Positions 39,714 through 47,565 of a DNA stretch of 62,018 nucleotides are shown piece after piece. Origin of the DNA: Ignavibacteria bacterium (GTDB taxonomy: Bacteria > Bacteroidota > Ignavibacteria > Kapaibacteriales > UBA2268); contig JAOAGZ010000003.1 in NCBI GenBank assembly GCA_026415495.1, positions 1-62,018 on the forward strand, given 5' to 3'. The notes under the pieces are model-generated. The model was not told the origin of the DNA. It ran no database searches and saw only the letters and a list, made by a program, of their open reading frames with translations. The position numbers were made by a program, and so were the translations under genes. Positions within the stretch are counted from its first letter, which is position 1, and every line of letters begins with the position of its first letter.

Positions 39714-42002
39714 TTAAACAGAAACTTTAATGCCAGCATAAACTGTCCTCGGACGAGATGGACCATACAAATAACCCGAATCTCGATTTTTCCCGGTATC
39801 TAAATCTTTTTGAAATGCATCAAAAATATTATACACACCTATATATAAATTGGTTAGAGGAAATATAGAATAATTTAATTTCGCTCCTAATTCAAAAAAT
39901 TGAGGTGTTTTTTTCAACTTATCTTGTTCTATATACCCTGCATAATGAGGAATATACATTGAACCTGTATAAATTCCCGAAAATGACACATTTATTTGTT
40001 GTGAAAAATTAATGTTCGAGACAAAATTTCCATAGATATTTGGCGATTTGAATAATTTACTAGAATACTGTGGTAAAATACCGTTATCGATATCACCAGC
40101 AGACCATTCTATTTTCCTGTTATATAATCCTTGCTGAAAAGTTAAGCTTGAGCGAAAATCAAAATATTTTGAAATTTCTGTTTGAACTTCAAAAGTAATA
40201 CCATTAATTGTTGCAGTTCCATCATTAATCCTCATAAAAACCAAGTTGTTGTTATCATCTTTTCCTAAGTCTTTTAAAACAAAAACATCATTTAATTTTG
40301 TTAGAAATACTTCGATAGAAAAGGCAAATGGAAAATTGAACAAACGAGTAGAATAATCGACGGATGAGGAAAACGAAACAGAATATTCTGGTTGTAAGTT
40401 GTCATCAACAAGAATAAGTAGTGATTCCCCTCCTACTTGAGTAATATGCAAATCCTCATCAAAGGCTTGTGGCGGACGGTAACCTTTTGAAATACTTGTT
40501 CTCCAATTCAAAGAATTAGAAACCTTGCATAAAACATTCAGACGCGGAGAAATAATCAGATTATCAATTTTATTATGTTTCTCAAAACGAATACCAACAA
40601 CAGCATTGAGCCATTCAGTGAAATTCCAATCATCTTGAACAAATATTCCATTGGAAAAAGTAGTTTGGTCAATCCTTCTTCCGTATGCAGGAGCGTGATC
40701 GAGCATCCAATCATAATGATATTCATATCCAGTGGTTAGCATATGGTAACCCAGAAAGTTATTTATTAAATGGTCATATTGAACTCCAAAACCAAAAGTT
40801 TGGTTATCAGTAGTACCATAAGCATTTGGATTATGCCCTGAGCCATAGTAACTTTCTCTTTTAGTATTTTGATAACCCAAATTGACAGTAATTTTATTTA
40901 ATTCGTTGCTGATATATCGTTCATATTTAAATGTTGTAAAACTAGAATTATGAGAAGCTTTTTCAGTAATGTTAGTTTGATGAGGAGGATTACTTATTGA
41001 GTCTCCACCGCGAATAGTATGAAATATGGCTTGATAGCCCAAACTAAGTTTAGTTTTATGGTCTGGTCTAAAAAATGAACGAATACCAAAAGTTTTAACG
41101 TTTAATTTACCAATGTCAGAGAAACCGTCATTATTTTCATCCCAATTACTTCTATCTCGCTGAAAACCGTACACATAAGCACCTATTCTATTGTCTTCGG
41201 AAACTATACTACCATTAAAATTCAGAGAGTAATCAGGATATTTATTGCGCATAAATGATTGGAATAAATCAATATTAAAGTTATTTGAGTATGGCTCTTT
41301 TGAAATAATATTAATAATGCCAGCCACAGCATTACCACCATAAAGAGATGAGCCACCGCGAATAACTTCAATTCTATCAATCATATTTGAAGGCATTTGC
41401 TCAAGTCCATAAACTCCATTCAACGATGAAAAAATTGGATTTCCATCAATCAAAATTTGTGAATATCGCCCATCAAGTCCGTTAATTCTTACTTGACTAA
41501 ATCCACAGTTTTGGCAATTAATTTCTGTTCTTAGTCCAGGTTGAAAATTTAATCCATCACGAATATCAACAGAACTGGTAGCTTGAAATGTTTTATTGCT
41601 TATGACAGACACTTTTACAGGCACTTCCTCGTATATTTTCTCCGAACGAGTAGCTGTAATTACAACATCAGCTGTTTTAATTGAAGATTCCTCCATTTCA
41701 AAATTAAGTTGCAAATTCTCTTTTAGTTCTTTATCAATCGAAAACTTATAATGAATGGGTTTGAGCCCAACACCAGTAATAACAAGTTCGTAATTTCCTT
41801 TTGGAATACCTTTAATATGAAATGCACCATTTTTATTTGTAACAGCTCCGAGTGAGGTATTTAATATTCGAACTGTTGCGCCTATAACTGGTTTTGCCTC
41901 ACCATTTTTGTAAACAACAACACCTTCTATACAGTTTTCGTGAGCAAAAATATCAATTACCAATAAGAAGCAGAATAAAACAAAAACAAATACTTTAAAC
42001 AT
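39714..42002 (-). CDS. TonB-dependent receptor with N-terminal carboxypeptidase-regulatory-like domain
   Basis: It has a signal peptide, a CarbopepD_reg-like domain (GVVVYKNGEAKPVIGATVRI..NGAFHIKGIPKGNYELV), a plug (IEVIRGGSSLYGGNAVAGIINI) and a long barrel. I placed the start at the ATG at 42000-42002, preceded by GGAGGA; the track starts at an upstream TTG. Confidence 0.85.
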   Translation of the reverse strand: MFKVFVFVLFCFLLVIDIFAHENCIEGVVVYKNGEAKPVIGATVRILNTSLGAVTNKNGAFHIKGIPKGNYELVITGVGLKPIHYKFSIDKELKENLQLNFEMEESSIKTADVVITATRSEKIYEEVPVKVSVISNKTFQATSSVDIRDGLNFQPGLRTEINCQNCGFSQVRINGLDGRYSQILIDGNPIFSSLNGVYGLEQMPSNMIDRIEVIRGGSSLYGGNAVAGIINIISKEPYSNNFNIDLFQSFMRNKYPDYSLNFNGSIVSEDNRIGAYVYGFQRDRSNWDENNDGFSDIGKLNVKTFGIRSFFRPDHKTKLSLGYQAIFHTIRGGDSISNPPHQTNITEKASHNSSFTTFKYERYISNELNKITVNLGYQNTKRESYYGSGHNPNAYGTTDNQTFGFGVQYDHLINNFLGYHMLTTGYEYHYDWMLDHAPAYGRRIDQTTFSNGIFVQDDWNFTEWLNAVVGIRFEKHNKIDNLIISPRLNVLCKVSNSLNWRTSISKGYRPPQAFDEDLHITQVGGESLLILVDDNLQPEYSVSFSSSVDYSTRLFNFPFAFSIEVFLTKLNDVFVLKDLGKDDNNNLVFMRINDGTATINGITFEVQTEISKYFDFRSSLTFQQGLYNRKIEWSAGDIDNGILPQYSSKLFKSPNIYGNFVSNINFSQQINVSFSGIYTGSMYIPHYAGYIEQDKLKKTPQFFELGAKLNYSIFPLTNLYIGVYNIFDAFQKDLDTGKNRDSGYLYGPSRPRTVYAGIKVSV

Positions 42003-42985
42003 AATATCCTCCAATTTTCAATTAAAAAATTTTCAAAAACAAACATTAGTTACACCTAATTTCAAATTTAACTCAATTAAAATTTTTATCAAATTAATTA
42101 ATAAATTTTTATCGAGATTTATTGATTAAATGAGATTTACTTAAAACGAAAATGAATTAATAAAACATAGTTAATTAACACTATATTATTTAAATTAATC
42201 CCTATTCATATATGGCTTGCAATGAAATTATTTCAAAGCTGGCAAGTAATATTTCTATCAGAAGTATTGGAAATAATGATCAGTGCAAAATAGTGGGTAA
42301 ATATTATTTAAAAAAAGCATATATTACAATAATAACAAATAGTGGATTTAACTCTAGATGCTCTTGAGTATAAAATAATAATATACAGAATAAAAAATTA
42401 TTAACCTATCTTGCGTGAAAGGTTACTTTGTCTAATAAAAATCGCCATAAAAAGGTTTTAAAAAGATTGTATAATTAAAAATTGAAATGTAAATAAGACA
42501 AAGAGAGATTCTACATAACAAGATAAAAACACTATTGTTAAACGTCAGAAAAATTTTAATAGTTTCATTGAAAAAATATGCAACAAACAAATTCAAATAA
42601 AACATTCAGCACATAAACAGTTTGAATAAAAATAAAAATAAATTAATACTATATTTTTAATATATTTAAGATATAACATTTAGGAAAAGAAACAATACAA
42701 AAGATTAGCCTTTTTCACGGAATGATTCAACTGATATTTATATCGTTTTTTAACTTAGTTTAAGTCTATTAAGTTAAACAAGTAAGGTTGCAAGATGTAA
42801 AAGTTTATGAGCCTAAACGACAAAAACGAAGATAAATTAGCTGAAAATACAACTGGACTTTTCGTTCAAAAACATAGAAATAATACAAGACATAGAAGTC
42901 TTTGAAATAGAACAACCCTACCGAATGTTTCCCAAAAAACAGTCATCCGATGAATAAAACAATCAAACCGATTATTTAATCTGCC

Positions 42986-43183
42986 TTACCAAGCTATATC
43001 ATCTATCTCTTTCTGTGTTATCCTTAGCTTCTTGCGTAAATCATTACGTTCTTCCTCGGTGATCAATCCCCATTCAAACGCCATATGTATTCTTCCTAAA
43101 TAATAACAGCTTGTGTTTGTGTTCCACTCGTGCTCCTCTACCGAGTTCAACATATCCTTCAAAACTTCATACACCCTACTCAT
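42986..43183 (-). CDS. Hypothetical small protein in the phage-derived fragment
   Basis: 65 aa. Its ATG is preceded by AAGGTGAAG, and it lies 10 nt after the stop of an upstream 45-codon ORF. No family recognised. Confidence 0.4.
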   Translation of the reverse strand: MSRVYEVLKDMLNSVEEHEWNTNTSCYYLGRIHMAFEWGLITEEERNDLRKKLRITQKEIDDIAW

Positions 43184-43192
43184 AACTTCACC

Positions 43193-43330
43193 TTATAATT
43201 TTTTAAACATATTTGTTTGTTTTTTATAAATATACACTTCTTTCCCTACATTCTCTCTCATCCAAGTCTCCGCTTTTGCAAACGCTTTCTCTTCGTTTAT
43301 TAAATCTCTTTCCAACTCAAATATAAACAC
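43193..43330 (-). CDS. Possible 45-codon ORF (GTG start) coupled to the 65-aa ORF
   Basis: Own translation: VFIFELERDLINEEKAFAKAETWMRENVGKEVYIYKKQTNMFKKL*. It is below the track cutoff, and its only support is the tight coupling. Confidence 0.2.
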   Translation of the reverse strand: MFIFELERDLINEEKAFAKAETWMRENVGKEVYIYKKQTNMFKKL

Positions 43331-43341
43331 ATTAAAAATAC

Positions 43342-43369
43342 CTTCGGAAGGTTCTCAACCCTTCCGAAG
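43342..43369 (-). terminator. Hairpin 1 of three stacked hairpins; terminator-like on the minus strand
   Basis: CTTCGGAAGG-(8 nt)-CCTTCCGAAG is a perfect 10-bp stem followed on the minus strand by GTATTTTTAAT. Confidence 0.6.
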
Positions 43370-43380
43370 CCTCCCATCCT

Positions 43381-43413
43381 AAATGGGCTCCACCTCCCAG
43401 GTGGAGCCCATTT
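43381..43413. repeat. Hairpin 2: perfect 15-bp inverted repeat with a 3-nt loop
   Basis: AAATGGGCTCCACCT-CCC-AGGTGGAGCCCATTT. Confidence 0.85.
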
Positions 43414-43420
43414 TCACCTA

Positions 43421-43453
43421 ATTCATCGGATGACTCTCAGTCATCCGATGAAT
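43421..43453. repeat. Hairpin 3: perfect 15-bp inverted repeat with a 3-nt loop, built from two copies of the palindrome TCATC[C/G]GATGA
   Basis: ATTCATCGGATGACT-CTC-AGTCATCCGATGAAT. Confidence 0.85.
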
Positions 43454-43487
43454 GATTCCTCCAACAAAATTCAATCTTTTTCAATAC

Positions 43488-43760
43488 TCAATCTTTCTGC
43501 CCTCCCGTTTTGTTTTTCAACAAAATATCTAAATCTTCCTTAAACTCTTCTGCAATCATAGGAACTCGAAAAGCCGGATTTGTTTCGATTATTTCTCTTG
43601 CTTTTTCGATTGTTTCCCTGCTCAACGGTAGGTAATCTTCTAAATCATACAGCAAGTCTCTTAAATACAAAGTGTTTATATTGTCCTCTCCGTTTTGAAT
43701 CTCCAAGGTTTCGAGCAGCTCTTTTTCGTATTCTTCCTTTGTCATTTTATCTTCCTCCAT
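43488..43760 (-). CDS. Putative immunity/antitoxin protein for the upstream toxin domain (acidic, 90 aa)
   Basis: It overlaps the toxin-like ORF by 19 nt and is strongly acidic (MEEDKMTKEEYEKELLETLE..). The assignment rests on position and charge only. Confidence 0.35.
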   Translation of the reverse strand: MEEDKMTKEEYEKELLETLEIQNGEDNINTLYLRDLLYDLEDYLPLSRETIEKAREIIETNPAFRVPMIAEEFKEDLDILLKNKTGGQKD

Positions 43761-44278
43761 TTTTTTGTTGTTTTATTCTTTCTATTTTCAATCATTTTTT
43801 CAATATTCGATTCGCCGTGATAATAATAGCCTCTTATTTTTCCAAATCGATCAACAACCACGTAGCCGTTTTCACCGATGTAATTGTATTGCGTTTCTCC
43901 TAAATAAGTATGTTTATAAATTTGTTTCGCATTCTTTACTACTCGTTTTGCTTCCTCTATATACTCATCAGGTGATAAACCGAATTTTTTTGCATGTTTA
44001 GCAACATCCTGCCTTTTGTCCTTTTCGTTATAAATAAGTTCAATTTCTTGCAGCTTTTTAGCAATAGATCCATCCTCCGCCACCGCCACCCACCTGTGCC
44101 TGCAATTCCACCCTCCGCAAAAATATTCCACCGCCAAATCCTGCCCGTTGTCCATCCCACGTATCTCCTCTATCGAATACACCTTCCCAACCCGCTCCCG
44201 ACAAAATGGACGTGCTCCCGCTACCGCCCCTACATAACGAAAATATCTCGCCTCCGATTCCAAAGCCCTCTCCATCAT
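43742..44278 (-). CDS. 5-prime-truncated MuF/SPP1-gp7-family protein: C-terminal end of the MuF domain fused to a putative nuclease-type toxin domain
   Basis: 178 aa. ARPFCRERVGKVYSIEEI..GGWNCRHRWVAV resembles the C-terminal Cys/His motif of the Phage_Mu_F domain (..C..l.G......PP.H.NCRC). The usual ~200-300 aa N-terminal part is missing: there is an in-frame TAA two codons upstream, at the compositional boundary. The C-terminal ~100 aa (AKHAKKFGLSPDEYIEEAKRVV..GYVVVDRFGKIRGYYY) is a separate small domain. Confidence 0.5.
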   Translation of the reverse strand: MMERALESEARYFRYVGAVAGARPFCRERVGKVYSIEEIRGMDNGQDLAVEYFCGGWNCRHRWVAVAEDGSIAKKLQEIELIYNEKDKRQDVAKHAKKFGLSPDEYIEEAKRVVKNAKQIYKHTYLGETQYNYIGENGYVVVDRFGKIRGYYYHGESNIEKMIENRKNKTTKKWRKIK

Positions 44279-44310
44279 CAGAGATTAATTTAAATTATAA
44301 CTAAATTGAA

Positions 44311-45192
44311 TTAATAGTTCTCGTCATATAGTGGTAGAGCATAAATAAAATTAATTCTAAAGCCAATATTTGAATTATAGATTTTTTGAGATTCAATAAA
44401 CTTTGTGAAAAAATAAACATATCTAAGCCCGATACCTGTTGAAAAATTTTTAGACCATTCAGTTTGTAAAAATTTATATGCATTCCAATTAATATTACAA
44501 TTCAAATTAACTCCGACAAAGAACTTGTTTAAACCGTCAAAATTGTTGTAGGTTTTACTTTGAAAGTCTCGTCCATTATCATATGTATAACCTTTGGGTT
44601 CGACAATTGAGAGAGTTTGTTTATAGTTATGATCTACAACATAACCAAAAATTGGACCAATAGAAAAATAGTATTGTGGAGCAAAATAATTTATAAAATA
44701 ATTTAATGAATGGTGAGGAGAACCTAACTCAATATTGAAACTCCAATAAATTGATGTATACTCAATTTGAATTTTATTTTTCTCTACAAGATTTTTTATT
44801 TCGCCATTATAATATACTTTTCGATTCGGTTCAATATTTGACCCAATCAAACTGTTATTATTTACACTTATATTACTCGACAAGTTATAGGATAAAGAGT
44901 CGAATAATGGGAAGTTTTTAATATTATGGAAAAAAGCTTTAGCATAAATTTCAAAACTTGTTCCATAATCAACATCATTAAAGTCTAATGGATTGCAGCA
45001 AATATTGTTTTTATTTACTGGTTCATATTTGCCGGTGGTAATATTAATGTTTGGAACAAATCCCAAACCTATATAAACTCTTGGTGTTGTTTTTTCACTA
45101 TTTGTATTAATAGATGAATATAACCGAGTGTGAAAAATAAAGAGTATTATGATTAAGGAAATTATAGGTTGCCATTTTTTCATATCGATCAT
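44311..45192 (-). CDS. Hypothetical outer-membrane beta-barrel-like protein
   Basis: 293 aa with a signal-like N-terminus, an alternating Tyr/Asn/Gly-rich strand pattern and a C-terminal ..LPLYDENY. It abuts the upstream gene (the two share nt 45192). Confidence 0.45.
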   Translation of the reverse strand: MIDMKKWQPIISLIIILFIFHTRLYSSINTNSEKTTPRVYIGLGFVPNINITTGKYEPVNKNNICCNPLDFNDVDYGTSFEIYAKAFFHNIKNFPLFDSLSYNLSSNISVNNNSLIGSNIEPNRKVYYNGEIKNLVEKNKIQIEYTSIYWSFNIELGSPHHSLNYFINYFAPQYYFSIGPIFGYVVDHNYKQTLSIVEPKGYTYDNGRDFQSKTYNNFDGLNKFFVGVNLNCNINWNAYKFLQTEWSKNFSTGIGLRYVYFFTKFIESQKIYNSNIGFRINFIYALPLYDENY

Positions 45193-47561
45193 TACCTCTT
45201 TATAAATTTGTGAAAACTTAAATTAATACCATCACTTATTTTTAATAGGTAAACCCCAGGTAGTAAATTAGCAACATTTAGAGTGTATTCATTAATTCCG
45301 CTATTAACATTATTATTATTTGTTTTTATTAGTGGTACACCACGATAATCAATGATTTCGAAGTTTAATTTCGATTCATATTTTGATAATATGTTAAATG
45401 ATATTATTGTTTCACTTGGGTTTGGATAAAAATCAATAATACTAAAATAATTATCGAATATTAAACTGTTTGTCAGTGGACATTTGGACTGAGCTGATAT
45501 TTTAATAGGCTTTATTTCAAATTCCTTCATATATCTACTTTTATTACCTATTAATAGTTTGCCTGATAAAGTTGATTTATTGTCATAACCAGCCAAAACA
45601 ATTCCACTAATATTAATTAATAACGAGTCAGTAAAAGCAATTTTGTCTGAATAACCCTCTAACTCTATTAATCCCTTATCGATCTTACGAACACTAAATC
45701 TATCAAATTTGCCTTTATTGTTTTCTAAGATGTTTTCTAAAAGCGGGAAAAACAATTTATAATCATAATTAATATAAAATGCAAATTTATTAGCATATAG
45801 AAAATCAATATCATCATACATTATATCTAAGTTTATCGTGTCATTATAAAATGCATCGGTTAATTCTGTATTACCTGTTGAACTACTAAATTTTATATAT
45901 TCTTTATATTTTCTGGGTAATCTTGCATCACCATCGCAAAAACTTGAAGGACCTGGGTCACATAGATATAAATGCCAATCTCCTTCACCGGCATTTATCG
46001 CAAATTCATAAATTGTGTGTTCATAGTCAATTTTTGGTGATTTCCCGAAGCCGTATTTACCGTCCTCTACAATCGAAGTATCATTGCTTACATCAACTCC
46101 ATTTTTATATACTATAGGCTTCTTTTTATTGTCGTTATAAACATAAATCCCCCAGTGCTCTTTTCCATTTGCTGTAAATAATTCAAATAAATTATAGCAG
46201 TTTTGTTTGTCTGGTTCTTCGTACCCAATTTTCCAATCATTTAATATATATAATTTACCAGAGCAATATTCAGCATAAAGATTTGAAAACATACCTTCTG
46301 CAGGTTCAGAATTCATCCACTCATCCAAGTAACCAGGTTCATTAGTGAACTTACCATCAATTTTGTGGTTATTTATACAGATATTTTTTATTCTCTTGTT
46401 GTCTTTGCTGGAGTAAATCGTTAATGTATCTTTTTTTAATGTACCTCCAAATGAATATGGTTCAGTTAACAAACCAGCTACACCGGATAACGGAATATAT
46501 CGTTTAGATATCTGCATTTCTGAGCCATTTTTATCTATGCTACCGACTATTATATTTGGTTCGGATATTGTACCGTATCCATCTTCATCACAATATAATG
46601 TAACACTTGGTTTAACTTCTATCATCCCTACTTCGTCTCTAAACAATCGCATTGTAAAAAGACCACCACTTGCTTTTACACCAAATTCCCACATTGTATG
46701 ATTAGAGTCGACAAGTAATGATTTGGCGTTACCGTATCTTCCTCCTAATACATAGTTAGTATCATTTGTAACGTCTTTACCGTTTAACGTTACTTTGATA
46801 CCTTTCGTAATTGAGTTGTATATTCTAATCTTCCAATTTTCAACTCCTCCAGCAGTTGAAAATTCGAATTCATTGAAACAAGTAAGTGAATCATAATTGC
46901 CATTTCCTAATTTCCAATCATTCATTATGTACAGTATTTTTGTTGTTGGGCAGTAATCCAAATATAGATTGGAAAATGTTCCTATTAACGGTGTTATTGT
47001 GGACCATTCCTTTGTTTTTCCATCACCAACTGAATCAGTAAAAATCCCATCAATTTTATGAAATTTATCACAATCTTCTATTTTGTTATTTGAGCTACCT
47101 CCCGGTTTGTTCTTCACTACTTCTCCTTTTGGAACAGGTGGCTTACCTTTGGAATAATCAACTTCTTTACCAAGATTGGTTCTTGGATCAGGATCATAAG
47201 GATTTATAGTATCAGACTTATTTGGCTTATTTTTTACTGAAAAATAAACTTCAGCACAATCTTCATATAATTTTTCATAAATAAAAATTTTGTGCCGCTC
47301 CTCTGTTAAGTAACTAGGCAGCCTGAAAGTCAATATTCTATCTCTTAACTCAAAAACAAATATTTGAATTGTGTCGTCGATAAATATATTGATATTTTCT
47401 GTCAATGGATAATTATTTATATGCTTAAGAACGATTCTTTCACCTGCATACAACGAATTTTCATTTTCAATTCTCAACTTGATTAAACACTCTGATTTTA
47501 GCACTTGCAAACTTGCAAACAATAAGATAATTACACTTGTTTTAATGAAATTGGAGAGCAT
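45192..47561 (-). CDS. Large secreted protein with a tandemly duplicated uncharacterised ~145-aa domain and a T9SS C-terminal sorting domain
   Basis: 789 aa with a signal peptide. Repeats at aa ~164-310 and ~395-536 share HKIDGxFT, EW, FSNLYxxYC, LYIxNDWKxG, CxNxFE, NGxDVxNDT and HTxxEF. The C-terminal IDFYPNPSETIISFNI..GVYLLKISDGINLSFHKFIKR is a T9SS CTD. Confidence 0.7.
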   Translation of the reverse strand: MLSNFIKTSVIILLFASLQVLKSECLIKLRIENENSLYAGERIVLKHINNYPLTENINIFIDDTIQIFVFELRDRILTFRLPSYLTEERHKIFIYEKLYEDCAEVYFSVKNKPNKSDTINPYDPDPRTNLGKEVDYSKGKPPVPKGEVVKNKPGGSSNNKIEDCDKFHKIDGIFTDSVGDGKTKEWSTITPLIGTFSNLYLDYCPTTKILYIMNDWKLGNGNYDSLTCFNEFEFSTAGGVENWKIRIYNSITKGIKVTLNGKDVTNDTNYVLGGRYGNAKSLLVDSNHTMWEFGVKASGGLFTMRLFRDEVGMIEVKPSVTLYCDEDGYGTISEPNIIVGSIDKNGSEMQISKRYIPLSGVAGLLTEPYSFGGTLKKDTLTIYSSKDNKRIKNICINNHKIDGKFTNEPGYLDEWMNSEPAEGMFSNLYAEYCSGKLYILNDWKIGYEEPDKQNCYNLFELFTANGKEHWGIYVYNDNKKKPIVYKNGVDVSNDTSIVEDGKYGFGKSPKIDYEHTIYEFAINAGEGDWHLYLCDPGPSSFCDGDARLPRKYKEYIKFSSSTGNTELTDAFYNDTINLDIMYDDIDFLYANKFAFYINYDYKLFFPLLENILENNKGKFDRFSVRKIDKGLIELEGYSDKIAFTDSLLINISGIVLAGYDNKSTLSGKLLIGNKSRYMKEFEIKPIKISAQSKCPLTNSLIFDNYFSIIDFYPNPSETIISFNILSKYESKLNFEIIDYRGVPLIKTNNNNVNSGINEYTLNVANLLPGVYLLKISDGINLSFHKFIKR

Positions 47562-47565
47562 AATA

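Larger units (their letters stand above)
42955..44285 (-). mobile_element. Compositionally foreign ~1.3-kb phage-derived fragment (remnant; no integrase or transposase present)
   Basis: G+C is visibly higher than both flanks, for example CCACCGCCACCCACCTGTGCCTGC.. around 44080. It contains a truncated MuF/SPP1-gp7-type gene and small tightly packed ORFs. The composition changes within ~30 nt of the truncated gene start. Confidence 0.55.

Noticed and set aside
42212-42367. 51-codon ORF (MACNEIISKLASNISIRS..) in the long non-coding gap.
   Set aside because: There is no convincing Shine-Dalgarno sequence, no recognisable family or signal peptide, and it is isolated. Support is insufficient.
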